DNA of 64,000 bases from Candidatus Dormiibacterota bacterium (GCA_955652675.1 CATPBP010000007.1:19354-83353), one strand, 5' to 3'. Positions 47,407 through 56,906 are shown, numbered from the stretch's first letter. Made by a program: numbers and translations. Notes: a model not told the origin generated them from the sequence alone.

Positions 47407-47622
47407 ATGGCCAAGCCGCTCAGCGAGGTCAGGCTGGAGGAAGACGAGATCCTCCTCGAAGGCTTCGAAGCATTGCTCAGGGGCGTTCCGGTGACCGTGA
47501 CGGCGGTTCTCGAGCGAACCTGCGTCTATCTGGCGCCAGGAGGAGAGCGGAAGCTCGCGAGCAAGCAAGACCTCCTGGTCGAGCCCGAGAAGCTCACGAT
47601 CCGCCGGCGCCGCTCCGGCTGA
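47407..47622 (+). CDS. hypothetical small protein
   Basis: 71-aa ORF with fairly high GC3. No recognisable motif. Confidence 0.35.
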   Translation: MAKPLSEVRLEEDEILLEGFEALLRGVPVTVTAVLERTCVYLAPGGERKLASKQDLLVEPEKLTIRRRRSG

Positions 47623-47873
47623 GGCGTCTGTGCGGCTCCCAGCGGTCCCCGGGCGCCGGATGCCGGTCGGTACGCCAGGCGACGTTGATACCTGCCGCGC
47701 TCGCAGACAGTAATGTAGGACGCTCGTCCGCTGTCTAAACCTCAATATGTCGCCACAGTTGCCAGACCGACCGGGCGGGGGGAGGCTGGCCCGGAAGAGG
47801 GAGCAATGCCGTGCGCCCATCGCCCGCTTATGGCCATCCCTGGCCGGCGGCGAGGGAAGGTAGCGGCAAGAAA

Positions 47874-50048
47874 ATGGCGACCTCGCCGAGGTCTGGGCCG
47901 CCCGTGAGCGGCTCCGATCTGATCCGCCACCCCGCAATCGGTTCTGACCGGAGCCGGAGCGACGTTCCCCGCCGAGGCCTCTCGCTGACCGGTCTTGCGG
48001 GCCGGCAGCTGCGCCGGCAGGGTGGATGGTCCTCCGCTCTGGCCCTGGGACTGGCGGCCGCGATGGCCCTGGCCTCGGCTGTCCCGCTGGCCGGCGCGAT
48101 GGCCGCCGACGCCGCGCTCCAATCGGCGGTGGCCGGCCTGGGCAGACAGGCGCCGGTCACCGTCGCCAAGCAGCACGTGGCCGATCCATCGGCTTTCGAG
48201 TCCTTCGAGGCTCAAGCGACGCAGGTGGTGGAGGGACGGCTGGGGCGTTACCTGGACGTGAGCAGGGCACTCGCCACCCTGGGCCCGCTCACGCTCGTCT
48301 CCGTCAACGAGAATCCGGCGTCCGCCCAGGTGGAGTCGAAAGGGCTGAGCGCCGGCTACCTGAGAGATCTTCCGGACCGGGTCGAGCTGGTTGCCGGCAG
48401 CTGGCCGCCGGACGGTCTCGGCGGCTCGACCGACGTGGCTACCAGCATGGCCCAGTCGGGGGCCGACGCCCTCGGCCTTCACCTCGGTGACCGCCTCTGC
48501 GCAGACTTCGCCCCGGGCGGCGTGCGCGAAGGGCGCTGGTGCGCCAGGATTGCAGCGCTCTGGCGGCCGCAGAGCGGGGCCGACCCTCTGCCCCTGGAGA
48601 GTGCGAACCAGGGCCGGCTGCTGGTCGGGCGCTACGACTTCTACCATCTCATGAAGCTGGCGTCGTCGCCCCTCGCCACGGTCGGCAGGCAGTTCTTCCT
48701 TGACCCGGGGACCGTCGACGCCCGGAACGCCGGCGACCTGGTCAGCGGACTGCGAGACCTCCGGCGCCACTTCGCCAGCCGTGGGGAGCTCTTCGACACC
48801 TCGCTCGATCAGGCGATCAACAGCTTCCAGCAGGCGCAGCGGCCGGTTCGGCTGGCGTCTGAGCTGCTTTCAGCCTCGCTGCTCGTACTGCTCCTCTACG
48901 CGGTCAACCTGGTCGGCGCCCAGTTCCTGCGTCTTCAGTCGCGTGAATCGTCGCTCCTGATCGCTCGTGGTTGGCCTCGCCGGAAGATCCGCAGCCTGCT
49001 GCTCCGGCAGATCGCCTTCGTGGTGCTGGGCTCGCTGACCCTCGGCGCGGCGCTCACGATCTCACTGACCGCCGCACTCGGACCCGCCGCGTTTGGGGCC
49101 CAGCCGCCCTGGCCGGACGCCACTGACCGCATCGGCTTGCTCCTGGCGGCCGGCGGGGTGGTCGCAGGGCTCCTGGCCGTCTGGACCATCCTCGCCAGGC
49201 TGTCCGCCGCGGCGGACAGTCCCAGGTCGGGTCCGGACCGGCAGGGCGACGCGGAGCCCAGACCGTCACCGCCCCGACGGCCGAATCCCGGGCTTCTCCT
49301 TCTGCTGCCCGCCTTCGCGCTCCTCGCGGCCGCGCGCTGGTTGCAGGGCCTGGAGCCCTTCGCCTCCCTTCCGCCTCCCCTTCCAGCCGGGTCGCAGGCG
49401 GACTGGTTGAGTGTGGTCGCTTCCCTGGCGGCCACGCTTCTCCTGGTCCTGATCAGCGTCTGGTTCCTCCGGCTAACCGGCCGTCTCGCGCCGGGAGCCT
49501 CCGCGGACGTTCCTGGCAGGCTGGCCGCCTGGCAGCTGGGCCGGCGCCCCCAACAGCACGCTGCGGTCGCCTTCCTGGTGGCCTTCGCCGCCTCGGCGGC
49601 CACCTTCGGCGGCGTGGCCGGGGGCCTGGGCTTCGAGCAAGGCAGGGAACCGCTGGTCCTCGCCGTGGTCGCCGACGGCACCCTGGCGGTACTCGTGATA
49701 ACGCTGCTCGGCTTCGGGGTGCACTTCCGGGCCAGCGCCGGCGAGCGCGCCGAGGAGTACGCGGCACTGGTCCTGAGCGGACTGCCGGCGCGAGACCTGC
49801 GCCGAAGCCTCGCCCTGGAGCAGCGTGCGGTGATCTGGCAGAGCCTCGCCTCGGGGGCTCTCCTCGGCGTCGTGCTGGCCGCGGCCCTGCTTCCCCTCGA
49901 CCAGCTCAGGACACACGCTGCGATCGAGGCAGCCGCCGCCGGCTGCGTGCTCGTGGGCTTCATGGCGGCGGTGCTGCTGACGGGATGGGGAACCCGCGCC
50001 TGGCTGGGGCGCCTCGACGCTCGACGGCAGCTCAGAGTCCTGGTGTGA
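47874..50048 (+). CDS. FtsX/MacB-type ABC permease, double module
   Basis: TM helix, soluble segment and TM bundle, repeated; same plan as the 72-2735 protein. ATG 47874 is chosen; the ORF is open from 47811. Confidence 0.7.
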   Translation: MATSPRSGPPVSGSDLIRHPAIGSDRSRSDVPRRGLSLTGLAGRQLRRQGGWSSALALGLAAAMALASAVPLAGAMAADAALQSAVAGLGRQAPVTVAKQHVADPSAFESFEAQATQVVEGRLGRYLDVSRALATLGPLTLVSVNENPASAQVESKGLSAGYLRDLPDRVELVAGSWPPDGLGGSTDVATSMAQSGADALGLHLGDRLCADFAPGGVREGRWCARIAALWRPQSGADPLPLESANQGRLLVGRYDFYHLMKLASSPLATVGRQFFLDPGTVDARNAGDLVSGLRDLRRHFASRGELFDTSLDQAINSFQQAQRPVRLASELLSASLLVLLLYAVNLVGAQFLRLQSRESSLLIARGWPRRKIRSLLLRQIAFVVLGSLTLGAALTISLTAALGPAAFGAQPPWPDATDRIGLLLAAGGVVAGLLAVWTILARLSAAADSPRSGPDRQGDAEPRPSPPRRPNPGLLLLLPAFALLAAARWLQGLEPFASLPPPLPAGSQADWLSVVASLAATLLLVLISVWFLRLTGRLAPGASADVPGRLAAWQLGRRPQQHAAVAFLVAFAASAATFGGVAGGLGFEQGREPLVLAVVADGTLAVLVITLLGFGVHFRASAGERAEEYAALVLSGLPARDLRRSLALEQRAVIWQSLASGALLGVVLAAALLPLDQLRTHAAIEAAAAGCVLVGFMAAVLLTGWGTRAWLGRLDARRQLRVLV

Positions 50049-50824
50049 GCGAGGGTCAGGGGACCGCTGGGCCAGCCCCCCCGCTGGTGAAGACCGAAGG
50101 GCTGGGTCACGTCTACCGCACTGGTCGCTCCGAGGTCATCGCACTGCAGGGCCTCGACCTCGAACTGGCGAGGGGGGAAACGGTGGCCCTGGTGGGCCCC
50201 AGCGGCAGCGGAAAGACCACGTTGATCAAGATCCTGGCGGCGGTCCAGAGGCCCAGCCAGGGGCGGGTCGAGGTGGACGGCCGCGATCTCGGGAGCATGG
50301 ATGAGTTGGAGCGCGAGGACTACCGCCGCAGGGTCGTCGGCTACCTCTGGCAGCAGTCGGAGGCGGGGCTCTGGCCGGGCCTGAGCGCCTTCGAGAACGT
50401 GCAGGTACCGATGCTGGGCGATCGCGGCTCCCGGGCCGAACGGCGCGACCGGGCGGCACACCTCCTGGAGCTGCTCGGCCTCCGAGGTAGGGAAGGCAGG
50501 CGGCCGGACCAGCTCGACTACGGAGATCGCCAGCGTCTGGCTCTGGCCGTGGCGATGGCCAACCAGCCGCGCCTCCTGCTCTGCGACGAACCGACGGCGG
50601 AGCTGGACGGGCCGACCGCCAAGGAGCTCCTCTCGGACGTCTCCGAACTGCTCCGCGGAGTGGGTCTCGCTGCAGTCTTCGTCACCCACGACCCACAGCT
50701 GGAGCGGTATGTGGACCGCGTGGTCCAGATGCGGCAGAGCAGCACATCGGATCTGCCCTTCGCACCCGCCGCCGGCGGGGGCCCCTCACTCCGCCTGCTG
50801 CGGCAGGAGGCCGGGGGTGGCTGA
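50045..50824 (+). CDS. ABC ATP-binding protein with degenerate signature motif
   Basis: GPSGSGKTT, Walker B LLLCDEPTAELD, H-loop VTHD, but LDYGDRQR where LSGGQ is expected. GTGA overlap with the permease stop. Confidence 0.85.
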   Translation: MSEGQGTAGPAPPLVKTEGLGHVYRTGRSEVIALQGLDLELARGETVALVGPSGSGKTTLIKILAAVQRPSQGRVEVDGRDLGSMDELEREDYRRRVVGYLWQQSEAGLWPGLSAFENVQVPMLGDRGSRAERRDRAAHLLELLGLRGREGRRPDQLDYGDRQRLALAVAMANQPRLLLCDEPTAELDGPTAKELLSDVSELLRGVGLAAVFVTHDPQLERYVDRVVQMRQSSTSDLPFAPAAGGGPSLRLLRQEAGGG

Positions 50825-51503
50825 CGTGCTCTTTGCCGACGACGTCTCGCGCTGGTTCGAGGTCGGCGGCAGAAACCTGATGGCGGTCCGGGCGGCGAAT
50901 TTCCAGATCGCGGAGGCCGAGCTCGTGGTCGTCCTGGGCCGCTCCGGTTCCGGAAAGTCGACGCTGCTCTCGCTTTGCGGCGGCCTCGACACCCCGGACG
51001 TGGGACGGGTGCTTGTAAAAGGCCGCGACGTGGCGTCGCTGCGCGGAGGCTCTCGGGAGGCCTTCTTGCAGCGAACGGTAGGCTGGGTGGCCCAGAACGC
51101 GGGCCTGCTGCCGCTGCTGACGGCGGGTGAGAACGTCGCCCTGGTGGCACAAATCGCCGGGGAACCCGAGGGGGAGGCATCCCGGCTTGCCGGGCTTGCC
51201 CTCCAGGCAACTGGCCTCTCGGAGCGCGCCGAGCACCGCGAGGACGAGCTGTCGGGCGGCGAGCGCCAGCGCGTGGCGCTGGCGCGAGCCCTGGTCCGGG
51301 CGCCGGTCCTGCTGATCGCCGACGAACCGACCGCCCAGCTGGATTCCAGGACCGCCGCCGGCATCCTGGGCCTGATCAGGGAGGCGGCCGATTCGGGGAC
51401 GGCGGTGCTCATGGCGACCCACGACGAGCAGGTCGCCGCCATTGGCGACCGAGTCCTCCGGATGGAGGATGGAAAGCTCACGGAGGTCTCGACGACCGGC
51501 TGA
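50817..51503 (+). CDS. ABC ATP-binding protein (canonical)
   Basis: GRSGSGKST, LSGGERQR, LLIADEPTAQLD, ATHD. GTG start 7 nt after AGGAGG; 8-nt overlap with the previous gene. Confidence 0.9.
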   Translation: MADVLFADDVSRWFEVGGRNLMAVRAANFQIAEAELVVVLGRSGSGKSTLLSLCGGLDTPDVGRVLVKGRDVASLRGGSREAFLQRTVGWVAQNAGLLPLLTAGENVALVAQIAGEPEGEASRLAGLALQATGLSERAEHREDELSGGERQRVALARALVRAPVLLIADEPTAQLDSRTAAGILGLIREAADSGTAVLMATHDEQVAAIGDRVLRMEDGKLTEVSTTG

Positions 51504-51554
51504 GGGCCGGACAGACCTGGAACTGCCTGCTCGCAGCGGGTCCACAGCGTCGAC

Positions 51555-51560
51555 TAGGCT
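51555..51560 (+). promoter_or_regulatory. -10-like box TAGGCT upstream of glpX
   Basis: CTAGGCTA-N6-GTG, identical in sequence and spacing to the pfkA box. Confidence 0.35.
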
Positions 51561-51595
51561 AGACGGCGTGGAGGGTCAGTTTGGGTGATCAGCTG

Positions 51596-52588
51596 ATGGA
51601 TCGAAACCTCGCCCTCGAGCTGCTTCGGGTGACCGAGGGTGCGGCGCTCGCCGCCGCGCCGCTGCAGGGCCGGGGCGTGAAGGAAGAGGCGGACCAGCGA
51701 GCCGTGGACGCCATGCGCTCGGGCCTCGCCTCGGTCGACATGCGCGGCGTGGTCGTGATCGGCGAAGGGGAGAAGGACGAGGCGCCGATGCTCTATTTCG
51801 GTGAACAGGTCGGCAACGGCCTGGAGCCGGAGGTTGACGTGGCAGTCGATCCGATCGACGGGACCCGGCTTACCGCCAACGGGCAGCCGGGAGCCCTCTC
51901 CGTGGTTGCACTTGCGGAGCGGGAGTCGATGTTCACCACCCACGTCCACTACATGGACAAGCTGGTGGTGGGGCGGCGTGCCAGAGGGGTCATCGACATC
52001 GACATGCCCGTGGAGTGGAACATGCGCAGGATCGGCAAGGCGGAGGGTTTGCATCCCAGGGACCTGACGGTGGTGATCCTGGACCGGGAGCGCAACCAGC
52101 CGGTGATCGAGCAAATCCGCGACGTCGGCGCTCGGGTGCGCCTGATCTCGGACGGCGACGTGGCGGGCGCCATAATGGCGGCCCTCGAGACCAAGACCGG
52201 CATGCACGTGCTGATTGGCTCGGGCGGCGCCACCGAGGGGGTGGTGGCTGCGTGCGCCATAAAGGCACTCGGCGGAGACATGCAGGGGCGGCTCCTGGTC
52301 CGCAACGACGAGGAGCGGGCCATGGCCGCCAGTGAGGGGCACCAGGCTGGAGCGGTGCTCGGGCTCGATGACCTCTGCTCCGGCCAGAACATCTTCTTTG
52401 CGGCCACCGGCATAACGACGGGCGAGCTCCTCCAGGGCGTCCGCTACGAGGAGCACTACGCCTTCACCGACTCAATGGTCCTGCGCTCCGCCTCGGGCAC
52501 GATGCGCTTCGTAGAGGCCTATCACCCGATGACCAAGCTGAGAGGAAAAGGCCTCCTCCCAGAACAAGTCGTCCTAAGCGTGCGCTAA
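51596..52588 (+). CDS. glpX: class II fructose-1,6-bisphosphatase
   Basis: MDRNLALELLRVTEGAALAAA N-terminus, DPIDGT, IGSGGATEGV motifs. Confidence 0.9.
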   Translation: MDRNLALELLRVTEGAALAAAPLQGRGVKEEADQRAVDAMRSGLASVDMRGVVVIGEGEKDEAPMLYFGEQVGNGLEPEVDVAVDPIDGTRLTANGQPGALSVVALAERESMFTTHVHYMDKLVVGRRARGVIDIDMPVEWNMRRIGKAEGLHPRDLTVVILDRERNQPVIEQIRDVGARVRLISDGDVAGAIMAALETKTGMHVLIGSGGATEGVVAACAIKALGGDMQGRLLVRNDEERAMAASEGHQAGAVLGLDDLCSGQNIFFAATGITTGELLQGVRYEEHYAFTDSMVLRSASGTMRFVEAYHPMTKLRGKGLLPEQVVLSVR

Positions 52589-52596
52589 ATGAGGGT

Positions 52597-52629
52597 CTCC
52601 CTCCCCCACAACACAAGGGGAGGGAAACC
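52597..52629 (+). repeat. REP-like repeat copy
   Basis: tctCCCTCCCCCacaacacaaGGGGAGGGaaacc, starting 9 nt after the glpX stop. Confidence 0.6.
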
Positions 52630-52668
52630 TGTCGCCGAGCTCAGCCAAGATGCTCGCTCGGGTGCGTT

Positions 52669-53733
52669 GTGGCGGCCGCGCATACTTTTTTTGTGACGGA
52701 GCTGCGGTCGACTGGGCGCCGGAAGGCGGACCACATCCGGATCAACGTCGAAGAGGACGTCGACGGAAAGGGGGTGGACGCGGGCTTCGACCAGCTGCGG
52801 TTCCTGCACTGTGCGCTCCCCGAGATGGACCTGGCCGAGGTGGACACGGGCTGCGAGCTCTTCGGCCGGCGGCTGGGGGCACCGCTGCTGATCTCCTGCA
52901 TGACCGGCGGAACCGCCGACGCCGGCCGCATAAATGGCCGGCTGGCCGAGGTGGCGCAGGCCTTCAGACTCCCCATGGGTCTCGGCTCCGGGCGGATCCT
53001 CCTCGAGCACCCGGAGGCGCTGCCGACCTTCCAGGTCCGGCGCCTCACGCCGGACGTGCCGCTTCTCGCCAACCTGGGCGCGGTGCAGCTCAACCGCGGC
53101 GTCTCGGTGGACGATTGTCGGCGTTTGCTGGACCGGCTGGAGGCTGACGCGCTGGTCCTTCACCTGAACCCGCTTCAGGAGGCGCTCCAGCCGGAAGGCG
53201 ACACCAGCTTCCGCGGTCTGCTCGAGAAGATCGGCGGGCTCTGCCGCCTGCTGGGGAGCCCCGTGGTGGTCAAGGAGGTGGGCTGGGGACTAGCTCCCGA
53301 CGTGGTCCGTTCCCTGCTCTCAGCAGGTGTCTCGGCGGTCGACGTCGCCGGAGCAGGCGGGACCTCCTGGAGCGAAGTCGAAAGCCACCGGATGGCGGAA
53401 CCCTGGCGGGCACGCGTCGCCAGGGCCTTCGCAGGTTGGGGACTGCCGACGGCTCAGGCCCTTCGGCTTGCCCGGGAGGCGGCCCCCGACGCTTGCATCT
53501 TCGCCAGCGGCGGCATTCGCAACGGCCTCGACGTGGCCAAGGCTGTGGCGCTGGGCGCTGACCTGGCAGGCATCGCCGGTCCCTTCTTGCGTGCCGCTGT
53601 GGCTGGTGCCGAAGAAGCCCACGGACTGGCGCGCGAGGTGGTCGAGGTACTCCGGATCGCGATGTTCTGCGCCGGCGCCCGCACCCTGCCCGACCTCAGG
53701 ACCGTCCCCTTGCTGGACAGCCGCGACCCGTAG
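52669..53733 (+). CDS. fni: type 2 isopentenyl-diphosphate delta-isomerase (FMN-dependent)
   Basis: RKADHIRI, LLISCMTGGT, VKEVGWG, SGGIRNGLD motifs. A GTG at 52693 is the alternative start. Confidence 0.85.
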   Translation: MAAAHTFFVTELRSTGRRKADHIRINVEEDVDGKGVDAGFDQLRFLHCALPEMDLAEVDTGCELFGRRLGAPLLISCMTGGTADAGRINGRLAEVAQAFRLPMGLGSGRILLEHPEALPTFQVRRLTPDVPLLANLGAVQLNRGVSVDDCRRLLDRLEADALVLHLNPLQEALQPEGDTSFRGLLEKIGGLCRLLGSPVVVKEVGWGLAPDVVRSLLSAGVSAVDVAGAGGTSWSEVESHRMAEPWRARVARAFAGWGLPTAQALRLAREAAPDACIFASGGIRNGLDVAKAVALGADLAGIAGPFLRAAVAGAEEAHGLAREVVEVLRIAMFCAGARTLPDLRTVPLLDSRDP

Positions 53734-53747
53734 CGCGACGCATTTTT

Positions 53748-54347
53748 ATGCGTAGGAATGAGCTGCCGATGAACACGAACCACCCGCAGGAGGCTGCACG
53801 CGCGGCGGTCGAGGAGGACCGTCTTCTCGAGGGCGAGGACCCCGCGACCCCGCACTCCGAGGATGCGCGCCGCTGGATGGCCGCCTATACGGAGCTCCTC
53901 GCCTTCAAGGAGGGCGTGCTGGTCCGAACCAGGCGGGCCGTGGAGGACCTCGGCCGCGACTCGGCGCGGGAGATCGCGAGCACCGACATGACCATCCTCA
54001 CCGAGGAGAGAGACCGGTTCCGCCGCCGCCTGGAGTTCTGGCAGCGGCGGGTGAGAGACCTGGGCGGGGGAATCGACTTCGACTATGACGTCAGGATCAT
54101 CCGCCACCAGGGCGGCGCCATCCGGCTCAGCCGGCGAGAGGCGGAGCTCCTGACGTTTCTCCTCGAGCATCCGGCCCAGAGCTTCACGCCTCGGGAACTG
54201 GCGGACCAGGCCTGGCTGGCACCAAACCTGTCCGCGGAGCAAGTCCGGAACTACGTGGTACGGCTTCGGCGCAAGCTGTCAGGCGCCGACCTGCCCTGCA
54301 CTCTGATCAGCGAACCGGGGACGGGCTACTCCCTCAAGTGGAGCTGA
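53748..54347 (+). CDS. receiver-less OmpR/PhoB-type winged-helix DNA-binding protein
   Basis: C-terminal trans_reg_C-like region (LSRREAELLTFLLEHP, VRNYVVRLRRKL, GTGYSLKW). The N-terminal ~110 aa are helical with no receiver motifs. Confidence 0.65.
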   Translation: MRRNELPMNTNHPQEAARAAVEEDRLLEGEDPATPHSEDARRWMAAYTELLAFKEGVLVRTRRAVEDLGRDSAREIASTDMTILTEERDRFRRRLEFWQRRVRDLGGGIDFDYDVRIIRHQGGAIRLSRREAELLTFLLEHPAQSFTPRELADQAWLAPNLSAEQVRNYVVRLRRKLSGADLPCTLISEPGTGYSLKWS

Positions 54348-54374
54348 GCCCGTCCCGGTCCTGGCCCGCGACTC

Positions 54375-55256
54375 TCAGGAAGTCTGCGAGCCTCTGACCC
54401 GGTCCGCGGCGCGTGCGCCACGGGTCTCTTCACGTGCCTCTCCGGGACTCGACACTGCGCCTCCGGTCTCCGGCTCGCCCATCAGCATCCGGTTCAGCAC
54501 CGCTCCGAGCAGGATGAACTGGCAGATGAAAAACAGCCAGGTGGCGAGGAGGAAGAACAGCGCAAAGGCGGCCCCGTATGTGTTGAAGCCGTGAACGAGT
54601 TTGGCGTACAGCGGAAAGGCGAGGGTGACGATCTCCATTAGGATGCCCGCGAGCAGCGCGCCGGGCAGGATCTGTGTCAGCGCGAAGGTGCGGTTGGGCA
54701 CGATGCGATAGATCGCCGCCACCAGCGTGGTCATCACCACAACACCCAGCACCGGTCCCAGGAACTTCACTCCCGAGCCCAGCGCCGCCACCATCGAGTT
54801 GGAAATCACGGCCAGCAGGATGCCGACCAGAAAGACGGCCATCATCGCCAGCGCCATCAAGCGCTGACGCGCGAAGTCGCGTTGCTTGGCGCCGAACATC
54901 TCGCCCAGTGCGAACTCCATGGCTACGAAGAGTCCGGTTCCACTCCAGAGCAGTCCGACGATGGAGATAATGCCCAGCAACCCTGAACCCTTCTGGGCTC
55001 CTTTCAGAACTTGAGCAAGCTCCTCGTGAGCGTTTGCGGGAAACACGCCCAGGAGTGTCGATTGCGCCTTGGCCATGAGGCCCGGGTCGCGGACGACGAG
55101 CCCCAGGATCGCGAGCAGGCCGAGCATCAGTGGAAACATGGTCATAAAGGAGTTGAAGGCAAGACCGGCGGCGTAGTTGCCGGCCTTGCTCTCTCCGTAT
55201 GCCGTTGCCAGCCTGCCTGGAAAGGAACTCTTCAGCCGCTCCAGCATGGCTTTCAT
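54375..55256 (-). CDS. YihY/BrkB (ribonuclease BN-like) family membrane protein
   Basis: Typical N-terminus (AAGLAFNSFMTMFP) and six TM segments. Confidence 0.8.
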   Translation of the reverse strand: MKAMLERLKSSFPGRLATAYGESKAGNYAAGLAFNSFMTMFPLMLGLLAILGLVVRDPGLMAKAQSTLLGVFPANAHEELAQVLKGAQKGSGLLGIISIVGLLWSGTGLFVAMEFALGEMFGAKQRDFARQRLMALAMMAVFLVGILLAVISNSMVAALGSGVKFLGPVLGVVVMTTLVAAIYRIVPNRTFALTQILPGALLAGILMEIVTLAFPLYAKLVHGFNTYGAAFALFFLLATWLFFICQFILLGAVLNRMLMGEPETGGAVSSPGEAREETRGARAADRVRGSQTS

Positions 55257-55283
55257 GGGGATTCCCCCGCCGTCATACCCAGG

Positions 55284-55847
55284 TCACGCCTGCGTTCGCG
55301 AGCGGGCTTCCTGCGCCGCCTGAGAGGCGTTCTCGCGGGCGCTGTCTGCCAGGTCGCTGGCGTGCTGGCTGCCGCTTTCCTTTGCCGTCTGGGAAGCTGT
55401 CTGCGCCACATCCTTGGCCACCTCCTGGCCGCGGCTCAGCGCCTCCTGCCCGGTCTCCATCACCTTCGACTTGACGGCGTCGGCGGCTTCGCCCAGACGC
55501 TCGTCCTCGATCCGGGTGGAAGGCAGGACAAGGCCCACGATGAATCCGACCGCGACTGCTCCGATGGCGAAACCGAGCGGGTTCTCGCGTACGATCCCCG
55601 CCGCGCGGCGGGTCCGGTCCTTCACCTGCTCGCCCGAGGGCGCCCGATCCGCGATGTCGGAGACGCGGTCGCTGGTGCCGGAGAAGAACTCGTTCACGCG
55701 CCCGGTGACCCGGTCGCGCTTCTCGGTGATGGCGTCGCCCACCCGGCTCTTCACGTCCGCCTTGTAGCTGAGGGCGTCGATCCGCTCTCCGATCCGCTCT
55801 CGGCGGTCCTCTATTTCTCTCTCGATGGCGTCCGGGTCTTTGCCCAT
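55284..55847 (-). CDS. DUF3618-like stress protein
   Basis: MGKDPDAIEREIEDRRERIGERIDAL start with AAGGAGG 6 nt upstream. One TM helix and a charged tail. Confidence 0.7.
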   Translation of the reverse strand: MGKDPDAIEREIEDRRERIGERIDALSYKADVKSRVGDAITEKRDRVTGRVNEFFSGTSDRVSDIADRAPSGEQVKDRTRRAAGIVRENPLGFAIGAVAVGFIVGLVLPSTRIEDERLGEAADAVKSKVMETGQEALSRGQEVAKDVAQTASQTAKESGSQHASDLADSARENASQAAQEARSRTQA

Positions 55848-56230
55848 TCGATGTCCTCCTTGATGGTTTGTTGTGTCCGTTCGGGTGTCGGAGGCAGCCC
55901 TTTTTCCAGCTGCTGCCGGCCGACCAGATACAGCACGAGCGCGATGATCCCGTAGACCACGGCGACGATCAGCGCCGCTGTCCACACCGGCATGGCGAGG
56001 GCCAGGGCGGCGATGATGCAAGCAGTGAGCGCCCCGAGGGCATAGAGGGCGACGACGCCGGCCGCGCCCAGCTCGCCGATTCCGATACCGGCCCGCTTGC
56101 CCTTCTCGGTGAGCTCTGCCCTGGCCAGGTCGAGCTCCGCCCGGACCAGGTTGCTGACCTCCTCGGCGAGCTCCTTGACGATCTCGCCGGTTGGCAGTTG
56201 CCGGAGGTCGGCGGGTTCCTGCCTTTCCAT
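55811..56230 (-). CDS. Holin-X (actinobacterial phage-holin-like) family membrane protein
   Basis: SNLVRAELDLARAELTEKGKRAGIG followed by two TM helices. TGATG overlap with the upstream gene. Confidence 0.7.
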   Translation of the reverse strand: MERQEPADLRQLPTGEIVKELAEEVSNLVRAELDLARAELTEKGKRAGIGIGELGAAGVVALYALGALTACIIAALALAMPVWTAALIVAVVYGIIALVLYLVGRQQLEKGLPPTPERTQQTIKEDIEWAKTRTPSREK

Positions 56231-56805
56231 CACTCGCTACCCCGGGGCGGGTAGGTGCCGCCCGTCACGGGTGCCGGGGACTCGTAAGTGCCGGCACCCG
56301 TCGTGGCGGGCGCCGGAGACCCGTAAGCCGTGCTGCCGTAGTCGGTGCGGGCCGGCAGCCGGCTGCCGTCGTATCCGCCGCCCTCGTAGCGCCGGCGGCC
56401 GGACGCCTTGATGACCCGTGCCGCGGCGACGCCCAACGCAATCCCTGCCGCCGCAACCACCCAGGGCTGACGGCGACCGAAATCCTCGACGTCTCTGATG
56501 ATCCGGTCCGTGTCGGCCTCGCGAAGGTACTGGCCAAGCTGCTCGGTCTTCTCGGCTGCCTGGTGCGCAAGCTGTGCGGGGAGGTCGTTGCCCTGGTCCC
56601 GCAGCTGTTCTCCCATCGATCGCATCGCGTCGCTGACCGACCCGACCTGCTCGCCGGCCTGAGTTGACCGGGTGTCGAGCTGGTCGCGCACGCGATCCTG
56701 GACGGTGCCGCCGACCTCGCGGGCCTTGTCCGACACCTGCTGGGCCTGGTCCTTTATCGCCTCCGTGGCGCCTTGGGACTGGCCTTCCGTGGTCCCGTAG
56801 TCCAT
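56230..56805 (-). CDS. hypothetical stress-associated protein (charged N-terminus, one TM, Gly/Tyr-rich tail)
   Basis: Start MDYGTTEG with GAGGAG upstream. First gene of the four-gene minus-strand cluster. Confidence 0.55.
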   Translation of the reverse strand: MDYGTTEGQSQGATEAIKDQAQQVSDKAREVGGTVQDRVRDQLDTRSTQAGEQVGSVSDAMRSMGEQLRDQGNDLPAQLAHQAAEKTEQLGQYLREADTDRIIRDVEDFGRRQPWVVAAAGIALGVAAARVIKASGRRRYEGGGYDGSRLPARTDYGSTAYGSPAPATTGAGTYESPAPVTGGTYPPRGSE

Positions 56806-56906
56806 ACGTCTCTCCTCATGTGTGACATCTGTCGCCGCCTCGTGGAAGCGCGCGTGAATGCTCTGCGGGGGGTCGTCCATCTTGTTTACCGGCCGCCTTT
56901 GCTGAT

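Noticed and set aside
55811-56230. The phage-holin-family gene as a sign of a prophage or lysis cassette.
   Set aside because: There is no endolysin, structural gene, integrase or att repeat anywhere in the window. The gene sits in the conserved actinobacterial-type stress trio, so it is chromosomal.
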